Source of the DNA: Eutreptiella sp. 'Long Island Sound 2002'
Lineage: Eukaryota > Protista > Euglenida
Length of the DNA: 64,000 bases
Reading direction: 5' to 3'
Assembly (NCBI GenBank): GCA_964036045.1
Contig: OZ038379.1
Coordinates: 39,184,001-39,248,000, forward strand
Position 1 is the stretch's first letter; each line of letters opens with the position of its first letter. The translations under genes were made by a program, and so were the position numbers. The notes beneath the pieces were generated by a model. It did not search any database, was not told the DNA's origin, and saw nothing but the letters and a program-made list of their open reading frames with translations. This document shows, piece after piece, positions 49,201-61,200 of the stretch.

Positions 49201-52200
49201 CAGACCCTTTTGGTGATGGATATTCATCAATCGGAACAACAACTTTGTGTTTGTACACGCTTCAAAGCCCCATTCACATGAGGGGTGGCGCAAATTGGTA
49301 CTGCTAGGATAGGGTTACCAAGGGTCACCACCTATGGGTCAATAATTGTGTCTAGAATGATCCGTTCCAAAGTTCTTCTTGTACCATTTGGGTTGCTCAA
49401 ACAACTAGTTTGAGGATACTTGGATCCCTTTTTCACCCTTGGCGGCTTACCAAACCTTCACAAAAACAACATGAAATGAAAAAGGGCCTTTACGGAACAA
49501 AATTACCATTGGAAACATGGCTTTTTGAAAAATGTGATCCAATGCCCTTTGGGATGCTACAACAAAATGCCGATTCACAAATGAAGGTCCGTTTCTTGTC
49601 TTTCTAATAGGTGGATACATTGTTTGGTGCGAAAAACACCATGCAATGTACACCGTGCCAAGTGGTGATTCGGGTGATGAGTGTGCAATGTCTAGGACAC
49701 ACAATGCACAACGCACAGAGGGTGCAATGCACAAAGTGCACAGCTTGCAACACACACCACCAAGGATGCATAGTGCGGATGTGTTTAATTTTTGGTAAGA
49801 AATCAAGCCGATGCCTCTTACTCTGAGGGTGAATCAAACGGAACATGGATATTGCGCACTCTGCACACTATGCACATGGTACACATTGCAATGCAATCTC
49901 TTTGCGGTGTGCACTCGGTGCAACCCATAACACTCCAACTACTCGCAATCAACTGCCATTTCAACACAACTACGGTGGCGGGTGGGTTTTGCCATTCCAC
50001 CACTAATTTGTCCATCACACGTGCCATTTGTTGCTCAATATTCATGCCATTTCATACTATTCTGTATCAGCCAACAACATTGTGTACTAAGTAACACAAC
50101 CTTGCAGTCTTTTCCTCTTTTGTGGAATCTGCGGGTTGGCGTGCTACACCATGACGTCCCCAATCGGACATCCATCATGGGGCTAGGCTCTGCAGCTTGC
50201 GGTCTTCTTCTTGGTTGCCATGGACCATCCGGCTTTCGTCATGATTCCTTGCCAATTCTACTCTCTACATGTCCCTTATTGATTTGGACTTGCTCCTCAA
50301 CTTCAGGTCGTTGTGCCTAAAACCTACCTACACCCAAACAACCAATAGCACAATGTCCGTGAAACCTGTTGCACGGCATCGTCAAGCTGGACCCAAAACG
50401 GAGATTTTGTTGTCATAGTTTGGGTTTGTTTTTGGACCTTCCGCCCTTCGTTTTGGCTGCTCTAACAAGGGGCACTTGGCGGAGGCTTACGTAATTTTCT
50501 TACCAAGTGATTCAAGGAGTGTGCCACTTGTACTCAAAAAATGGTGCACTACACGGGGAGGGGTTTCAAGCATTGTTGCCTTGCAGACCCTTCTGGTGAT
50601 GGGCATTCATCAATCGGAACAACAACTTTGTGTTCTCACACCCTTCAAAGCCCCATTCACATGAGGGGTGGCGCAAATTGGTACTGCTAGGATAGGGTTA
50701 CCAAGGGTCACCACCTATGGGTCAATAATTGTGTCTAGAATGATCCGTTCCAAAGTTCTTCTTGTACCATTTGGGTTGCTCAAACAACTAGTTTGAGGAT
50801 ACTTGGATCCCTTTTTCACCCTTGGCGGCTTACCAAACCTTCACAAAAACAACATGAAATGAAAAAGGGCCTTTAAGGAACAAAATTACCATTGGAAACA
50901 TGGCTATTTGAAAGATGTGATCCAATGCCCTGTGGGATGCTACAACAAAATGCCGATTCACAAATGAAGGTCCGTTTCTTGTCTTTCTAATAGGTGGATA
51001 CATTGTTTGGTGCGAAAAACACCATGCAATGTACATCGTGCCAAGTGGTGATTCGGGTGATGAGTGTGCAATGTCTAGGACATACAATGCCCAACGCACA
51101 GAGGGTGCACTGCACAACGTGCACAGCTTGCAACACACACCACCAAGGATGCATAGTGCGGATGTGTTTAATTTTTGGTAAGAAATGAAGCCGATGTCTC
51201 TTACTCTGAGGGTGAATCAAACACCACATGGATATTGCGCACTCTGCGCACTACACACATGGTACACATTGCAATGCAGACTCTTTGCGATGTGCACTCC
51301 ATGCAACCCACAACACCCCAACTACTCGCAACCAACTGCCATTTCAACACAACTACGTTGGTGGGTGGGTTGTGCCATTCTACCACTAATTTGTTCATCA
51401 CGTTTGCCATTTGTTGCTCAATATTCATGCGATTTCGTACTCCTCTGTATCAGCCACCAACATTGTGTACCAAGTAACACAACCTTGCAGTCTTTTCCTC
51501 TTTTGTGGAATCTGCGGGTGGGGGTGCTACGACATGGTGTCCCCAATCGGACATCCATCATGGGGCTAGGCTCTGCAGCTTGCGGTCTTCTTCTTGGTTG
51601 CCATGGACCATCTGGCTGTCGTCAAGATTCCTTGCCAATTCTACTCTCTATGTGTCCCTTATTGATTTGGACTTGCTCCTCAACTTCAGGTAGTTGTGCC
51701 TAAAACCTACCTACACCCAAACAACCAATAGCACAATGTCCCTAAAACCTGTTGCACGACATCGTCAAGCTGGACTCAAAACGGAGATTTTGTTGTCATA
51801 GTTTGGGTTTGTTTTTGGACCTTCCGTTCTTCGTTTTGGCTGCTCTAACAAGGGGCACTTGGAGGAGGTTTACGTAATTTTCTTACCAAGTGATTCAAGG
51901 AGTGTGCCACTTGTACTCAAACAACGGTGCACTACACGGGGAGGGGTTTCAAGCATTGTTACCTTGCAGACCCTTTTGGTGATGGATATTCATCAATCGG
52001 AACAACAACTTTGTGTTTGTACACCCTTCAAAGCCCCATTCACATGAGGGGTGGCGCAAATTGGTACTGCTAGGATAGGGTTACCAAGGGTCACCACCTA
52101 TGGGTCAATAATTGTGTCTAGAATGATCCGTTCCAAAGTTCTTCTTGTACCATTTGGGTTGCTCAAACAACTAGTTTGAGGATACTTGGATCCCTTTTTC

Positions 52201-55200
52201 ACCCTTGGCGGCTTACCAAACCTTCACAAAAACAACATGAAATGAAAAAGGGCCTTTAAGGAACAAAATTACCATTGGAAACATGGCTTTTTGAAAGATG
52301 TGATCCAATGCCCTACGGGATGCTACAACAAAATGCCGATTCACCAAAGAAGGTCCGTTTCTTGTCTTTCTAATAGGTGGATACATTGTTTGGTGCGAAA
52401 ACACCATGCAATGTACACCGTGCCAAGTGGTGATTCGGGTGATGAGTGTGCAATGTCTAGGACATACAATGCACAACGCACGGAGGGTGCAATGCACAAA
52501 GTGCACAGCTTGCAACACACACCACCAAGGATGCATAGTGCGGATGTGTTTAATTTTTGGTAAGAAATGAAGCCGATGTCTCTTACTCTGAGGGTGAATC
52601 AAACACAACATGGATATTGCGCACTCTGCGCACTACACACATGGTACACATTGCAATGCAGATTCTTTGCGATGTGCACTTCATGCAACCCACAACACCC
52701 CAACTACTCACAACCAACTGCCATTTCAACACAACTACGTTGGTGGGTGGGTTGTGCCATTCTACCACTAATTTGTCCATCACGTGTGCCATTTGTTGCT
52801 CAATATTCATGCGATTTCGTACTTCTTTGTATCAGCCACCAACATTGTGTACTAAGTAACACAACCTTGCAGTCTTTTCCTCTTTTTTTGAATCTGCGGG
52901 TGGGGGTGCTACACCATGGTGTCCCCAATCGGACATCCATCATGGGGCTAGGCTCTGCAGCTTGCGGTCTTCTTCTTGGTTGCCATGGACCATCCGGCTT
53001 TCGTCAAGATTCCTTGCCAATTCTGCTCTCTATGTGTACCTTATTGATTTGGACTTGCTCCTCAACTTCGGGTCGTTGTGCCTAAAACCTACCTACACCC
53101 AAACAACCAATAGCACAATGTCCCTGAAACCTGTTGCACGCCATTGTCATCCTGGGCCCAAAAAGGAGACTTTACGGTCATAGTTTGGATTTCTTTTTGG
53201 ACCCTCCGTTCTTCGTTTTGGCTGCTCTAACAAGGGGCACTTGGTGGAGGCTTAAGTAATTTTCTTACCACGTGATTCAAGGAGTGTGCCACTTGTACTC
53301 AAACAACGGTGCACTACACGGGGAGGGGTTTCAAGCATTGTTGCCTTGCACACCCTTTTGGTGATGGATATTCATCAATCGGAACAACAACTTTGTGTTT
53401 GTACACCCTTCAAGGCCCCATTCACATGAGGGGTGGCGCGAATCGGTACTGCTAGGATAGGGTTACCAAGGGTCACCACCTATGGGTCAATAATTGTGTC
53501 TAGAATGATCCGTTCCAAAGTTCTTCTTGTACCATTTGGGTTGCTCAAACAACTAGTTTGAGGATACTTGGATCGCTTTTTCACCCTTGGCTGCTTACCA
53601 AACCTTCACAAAAACAACATGAAATGAAAAAGGGCCTTTAAGGAACAAAATTACCATTGGAAACATGGCTTTTTGAAAAATGTGATCCAATGCCCTTTGA
53701 GATGCTACAACAAAATGCCGATTCACCAATGAAGGTCCGTTTCTTGTCTTTCTAATAGGCGGATACATTATTTGGTGCGAAAACACCATGCAATGTACAC
53801 CGTGCCAAGTGGTGATTCGGGTGATGAGTGTGCAATGTCTAGGACATACAATGCCCAACGCACAGAGGGTGCACTGCACAACGTGCACAGCTTGCAACAC
53901 ACACCACCAAGGATGCATAGTGCGGATGTGTTTAATTTTTGGTAAGAAATGAAGCCAATGTCTCTTACTCTGAGGGTGAATCAAACACCACATGGATATT
54001 GCGCACTCTGCGCACTACACACATGGTACACATTGCAATGCAGACTCTTTGCGATGTGCACTCCATGCAACCCACAACACCCCAACTACTCGCAACCAAC
54101 TGCCATTTCGACACAACTACGTTGGTGGGTGGGTTGTGCCATTCTACCACTAATTTGTCCATCACGTGTGCCATTTGTTGCTCAATATTCATGCGATTTC
54201 GTACTCCTCTGTATCAGCCACCAACATTGTGTACCAAGTAACACAACCTTGCGGTCTTTTCCTCTTTTGTGGAATCTGCGGGTGGGGGTGCTACACCATG
54301 GTGTCCCCAATCGGACATCCATCATGGGGCTAAGCTCTGCAGCTTGCGGTCTCCTTCTTGGTTGCCATGGACCATCCGGCTTTCGTCAAGATTCCTTGCC
54401 AATTCTGCTCTCTATGTGTCCTTTATTGATTTTGACTTGCTCCTCAACTTCAGGTCGTTGTGCCTAAAACCTACCTACACCCAAACAACCAATAGCACAA
54501 TGTCCCTGAAACCTGTTGCACGCCATTGTCATGCTGGGCCCAAAAAGGAGACTTTACGGTCATAGTTTGGATTTCTTTTTGGACCCTCCGTTCTTCGTTT
54601 TGGCTGCTCTAACAAGGGGCATTTGGCGGAGGCTTACGTAATTTTCTTACCAAGTGATTCAAGGAGTGTGCCACTTGTACTCAAACAACGGTGCACTACA
54701 CGGGGAGGGGTTTCAACCATTGTTGCCTTGCAGACCCTTTTGGTGATGGATATTCATCAATCGGAACAACAACTTTGTGTTTGGACACCCTTCAAAGCCC
54801 CATTCACATGAGGGGTGGCGTGAATTGGTACTGCTAGGATAGGGTTACCAAGGGTTACCACCTATGGGTCAATAATTGTGTCTAGAATGATCCGTTCCAA
54901 AGTTCTTCTTGTACCATTTGGGTTGCTCAAACAACTAGTTTGAGGATACTTGGATCCCTTTTTCACCCTTGGCGGCTTACCAAGCCTTCACAAAAACAAC
55001 ATGAAATGAAAAAGGGCCTTTAAGGAACAAAATTACCATTGGAAACATGGCTTTTTGAAAAATGTGATCCAATGCCCTTCGGGATGCTACAACAAAATGC
55101 TGATTCACCAATGAAGGTCCGTTTCTTGTCTTTCTAATACGTGGATACATTGTTTGGTGCGAAAACACCATGCAATGTACACCGTGCCAAGTGGTGATTC

Positions 55201-58200
55201 GGGTGATGAGTGTGCAATGTCTAGGACATACAATGCACAACGCACGGACGATGCAATGCACAAAGTGCACAGCTTGCAACACACACCACCAAGGATGCAA
55301 AGTGCGGATGCGTTTAATTTTTGGTAAGAAATGAAGCCGATGTCTCTTACTCTGAGGGTGAATCAAACACAACATGGATATTGCGCACTCTGCGCACTAC
55401 ACACATGGTACACATTGCAATGCAGACTCTTTGCGATGTGCACTCCATGCAACCCACAACACCCCAACTACTCGCAACCAACTGCCATTTCAACACAACT
55501 ACGTTGGTGGGTGGGTTGTGCCATTCTACCACTAATTTGTCCATCACGCGTGCCATTTGTTGCTCAATATTCATGCGATTTCGTACTCCTCTGTATCAGC
55601 CACCAACATTGTGTACTAAGTAACACAACCTTGCAGTCTTTTCCTCTTTTGTGGAATCCGCAGGTGGGGGTGCTACACCATGGTGTCCCCAATCGGACAT
55701 CCATCATGGGGCTAGGCTCTGCAGCTTGCGGTCTTCTTCTTGGTTGCCATGGACCATCTGGCTTTCGTCAAGATTCCTTGCCAATTCTACTCTCTATGTG
55801 TCCCTTATTGATTTGGACTTGCTCCTCAACTTCAAGTCGTTGTGCCGAAAACCTACCTACACACAAACAACCAATAGCACAATGTTCCTCAAAGCCGTTC
55901 CGCAGCATTGTCATGCTTGGCCCAAAAAGGAGATTTTGCGGTCATAGTTTGGATTTCTTTTTGGACCCTCCGTTCTTCGTTTTGGCTGCTCTAACAAGGA
56001 GCACTCCGCGGAGGCTTACGTAATTTTCTTACCAAGTGATTCAAGGAGTGTGCCACTTGTACTCAAACAACGGTGCACTACACGGGGAGGGGTTTCAACC
56101 GTTGTTGCTTTGCACACCCTTTTGGTGATGGATATTCATCAATCGGAACAACAACTTTGTGTATGTTCACCCTTCAAAGCCCCGTTCACATGAGGGGTGG
56201 CGCGAATTGGTACTGCTAGGATAGGGTTACCAAGGGTCACATCCTATGGGTCAATAATTGTGTCTAGATTGATCCGTTCCAAAGTTCTTCTTGTACCATT
56301 TGGGTTGCTCAAACAACTAGTTTGAGGATACTTGGATCCCTTTTTCACCCTTGGCGGCTTACCAAACCTTCACAAAAACAACATGAAATGAAAAAGGGCC
56401 TTTACGGAACAAAATTACCATTGGAAACATGGCTATTTGAAAAATGTGATCCAATGCCCTTCGGGATGCTGCGACAAAATGCCGATTCACCAATGAAGGT
56501 CCGCTTCTTGTCTTTCTAATACATGGATACATTGTTTGGTGCGAAAACACCATGCAATGTACACCGTGCTAAGTGGTGATTCGGGTGATGAGTGTGCAAT
56601 GTCTAGGACATACAATGCACAACGCACGGAGGGTGCAATGCACAAAGTGCACAGCTTGCAACACACACCACCAAGGATGCATAGTGCGGATCCGTTTAAT
56701 TTTTGGTAAGAAATGAAGCCGATGTCTCTTACTCTGAGGGTGAGTCAAACACAACATGGATATTGCGCACTCTGCGCACTACACACATGGTACACATTGC
56801 AATGCAGACTCTTTGCGATGTGCACTCCATGCAACCCACAACACCCCAACTACTCACAACCAACTGCCATTTCAACACAACTACGTTGGTGGGTGGGTTG
56901 TGCCATTCTACCACTAATTTGTCCATCACGCGTGCCATTTGTTGCTCAATATTCATGCGATTTCGTACTCCTCTGTATCATCCACCAACATTGTGTACTA
57001 AGTAACACAACCTTGCAGTCTTTTCCTCTTTTTTTGAATCTGCGGGTGGGGGTGCTACACCATGGTGTCCCCAATCGGACATCCATCATGGGGCTAGGCT
57101 CTGCAGCTTGCGGTCTTCTTCTTGGTTGCCATGGACCATCCGGCTTTCGTCAAGATTCCTTGCCAATTCTACTCTCTATGTGTCCCTTATTGATTTGGAC
57201 TTGCTCCTCAACTTCAAGTCGTTGTGCCTAAAACCTACCTACACACAAACAACCAATAGCACAATGTTCCTCAAAGCCGTTCCGCAGCATTGTCATGCTT
57301 GGCCCAAAAAGGAGATTTTGCGGTCATAGTTTGGATTTCTTTTTGGACCTTCCGTTCTTCGTTTTGGCTGCTCTAACAAGGGGCACTTGGCGGAGGCTTA
57401 CGTAATTTTCTTACCAAGTGATTCAAGGAGTGTGCCACTTGTACTCAAACAACGCTGCACTACACGGGGAGGGGTTTCAACCGTTGTTGCCTTGCAGACC
57501 CTTTTGGTGATGGATATTCATCAATCGGAACAACAACTTTGTGTATGTTCACCCTTCAAAGCCCCGTTCACATGAGGGGTGGCGCGAATTGGTACTGCTA
57601 GGATAGGGTTACCAAGGGTCACATCCTATGGGTCAATAATTGTGTCTAGAATGATCCGTTCCAAAGTTCTTCTTGTACCATTTGGGTTGCTCAAACAACT
57701 AGTTTGAGGATACTTGGATCCCTTTTTCACCCTTGGCGGCTTACCAAACCTTCACAAAAACAACATGAAATGAAAAAGGGCCTTTACGGAACAAAATTAC
57801 CATTGGAAACATGGCTTTTTGAAAAATGTGATCCAATACCCTTCGGGATGCTGCGACAAAATGCCGATTCACCAATGAAGGTCCGCTTCTTGTCTTTCTA
57901 ATACATGGATACATTGTTTGGTGCAAAAAGACCATGCAATGTACACCGTGCCAAGTGGTGATTCGGGTGATGAGTGTGCAATGTCTAGGACATACAATGC
58001 ACAACGCACGGAGGATGCAATGCACAAAGTGCACAGCTTGCAACACACACCACCAAGGATGCATAGTGCGGATGTGTTTAATTTTTGGTAAGAAATGAAG
58101 CCGATGTCTCTTACTCTGAGGGTGAATCAAACACAACATGGATATTGCGCACTCTGCGCACTACACACATGGTACACATTGCAATGCAGACTCTTTGCGA

Positions 58201-61200
58201 TGTGCACTCCATGCAACCCACAACACCCCAACTACTCACAACCAACTGCCATTTCAACACAACTACGTTGGTGGGTGGGTTGTGCCATTCTACCACTAAT
58301 TTGTCCATCACGTGTGCCATTTGTTGCTCAATATTCATGCGATTTCGTACTTCTTTGTATCAGCCACCAACATTGTGTACTAAGTAACACAACCTTGCAG
58401 TCTTTTCCTCTTTTGTGGAATCTGCGGGTGGGGGTGCTACACCATGGTGTCCCCAATCGGACATCCATCATGGGGCTAGGCTCTGCAGCTTGCGGTCTTC
58501 TTCTTGGTTGCCATGGACCATCCGGCTTTCGTCAAGATTCCTTGCCAATTCTAGTCTCTATGTGTCCCTTATTGATTTGGACTTGCTCCTCAACTTCAAG
58601 TCGTTGTGCCTAAAACCTACCTACACACAAACAACCAATAGCACAATGTTCCTCAAAGCCGTTCCGCAGCATTGTCATGCTTGGCCCAAAAAGGAGATTT
58701 TGCGGTCATCGTTTGGATTTCTTTTTGGACCTTCCGTTCTTCGTTTTGGCTGCTCTAACAAGGGGCACTTGGCGGAGGCTTACGTAATTTTCTTACCAAG
58801 TGATTCAAGGAGTGTGCCACTTGTACTCAAACAACGGTGCACTACACGGGGAGGGGTTTCAACCGTTGTTGCCTTGCAGACCCTTTTGGTGATGGATATT
58901 CATCAATCGGAACAACAACTTTGTGTTTGGACACCCTTCAAAGCCCCGTTCACATGAGGGGTGGCGCGAATTTGTACTGCTAGGATAGGGTTACCAAGGG
59001 TCACATCCTATGGGTCAATAATTGTGTCTAGAATGATCCGTTCCAAAGTTCTTCTTGTACCATTTGGGTTGCTCAAAGGACTAATTTGAGGATACTTGGA
59101 TCCCTTTTTCACCCTTGGCGGCTTACCAAACCTTCACAAAAACAACATGAAATGAAAAAGGGCCTTTAAGGAACAAAATTACCATTGGAAACATGGCTTT
59201 TTGAAAAATGTGATCCAATGCCCTTCAGCATGCTGCGATAAAATGCCGATTCACCAATGAAGGTCCGCTTCTTGTCTTTCTAATACACGGATACATTGTT
59301 TGGTGCGAAAACACCATGCAATGTACACCGTGCCAAGTGGTGATTCGGGTGATGAGTGTGCAATGTCTAGGACATACAATGCACAACGCATGGCGGGTGC
59401 AATGCACAAAGTGCACAGCTTGCAACACACACCACCAAGGATGCATAGTGCGGATGTGTTTAATTTTTGGTAAGAAATGAAGCCGATGTCTCTTACTCTG
59501 AGGGTGAATCAAACACAACATGGATATTGCGCACTCTGCGCACTACACACATGGTACACATTGCAATGCAGACTCTTTGCGATGTGCACTCATTGCAACC
59601 CACAACACCCCAACTACTCACAACCAACTGCCATTTCAACACAACTACGTTGGTGGGTGGGTTGTGCCATTCTACCACTAATTTGTCCATCACGTGTGCC
59701 ATTTGTTGCTCAATATTCATGCGATTTCGTACTCCTTTGTATCAGCCACCAACATTGTGTACTAAGTAACACAACCTTGCAGTCTTTTCCTCTTTTTTTG
59801 AATCTGCGGGTGGGGGTGCTACACCATGGTGTCCCCAATCGGACATCCATCATGGGGCTAGGCTCTGCAGCTTGCGGTCTTCTTCTTGGTTGCCATGGAC
59901 CATCCGGCTTTCGTCAAGATTCCTTGCCAAATCTACTCTCTATGTGTGCCTTATTGATTTGGACTTGCTCCTCAACTTCAAGTCGTTGTGCCTAAAACCT
60001 ACCTACACACAAACAACCAATAGCACAATGTTCCTCAAAGCCGTTCCGCGGCATTGTCATGCTTGGCCCAAAAAGGAGCTTTTGCGGTCATAGTTTGGAT
60101 TTCTTTTTGGACCCTCCGTTCTTCGTTTTGGCTGCTCTAACAAGGAGCACTTGGCGGAGGCTTACGTAATTTTCTTACTGAGCGATTCAAGGATTGTGCC
60201 ACTTGTACTCAAACAACGGTGCACTACACGGGGAGGGGTTTCAACCATTGTTGCCTTGCAGACCCTTTTGGTGATGGATATTCATCAATCGGAACAACAA
60301 CTTTGTGTATGTTCACCCTTCAAAGCCCCATTCACATGAGGGGTGGCGCGAATTGGTACTGCTAGGATAGGGTTACCAAGGGTCACCACCTATGGGTCAA
60401 TAATTGTGTCTAGAATGATCCGTTCCAAAGTTCTTCTTGTACCATTTGGGTTGCTCGAACACCTAGTTTGAGGATACTTGGATCCCTTTTTCACCCTTGG
60501 CGGCTTACCAAACCTTCACAACAACAACATGAAATGAAAAAGGGCCTTTACGGAACAAAATTACCATTGGAACCATGGCTTTTTGAAAAATGTGATCCAA
60601 TGCCCTCTGGGATGCTGCAACAAAATGCCGATTCACCAATGAAGGTCCATTTCTTGTCTTTCTAATAGGTGGATACATTGTTTGGTGTGAAAACACCATG
60701 CAATGTACACCGTGCCAAGTGGTGATTCGGGTGATGGGTGTGCAATGTCTAGGACATAGAATGCACAACGCACGGAGGATGCAATGCACAAAGTGCACAG
60801 CTTGCAACACACACCACCAAGGATGCATAGTGCGGATGTGTTTAATTTTTGGTAAGAAATGAAGCCGATGTCTCTTACTCTGAGGGTGAATCAAACACAA
60901 CATGGATATTGCGCACTCTGCGCACTACACACATGGTACACATTGCAATGCAGACTCTTTGCGATGTGCACTCCATGCAACCCACAACATCCCAACTACT
61001 CGGAACCAACTGCCATTTCAACACAACTACGTTGGTGGGTGGGTTGTGCCATTCTACCACTAATTTGTCCATCACGCGTGCCATTTGTTCCTCAATATTC
61101 ATGCGATTTCGTACTCCTGTGTATCAGCCACCAACATTGTGTACTAAGTAACACAACCTTGCAGTCTTTTCCTCTTTTTTTGAATCTGCGGATGGGGCTG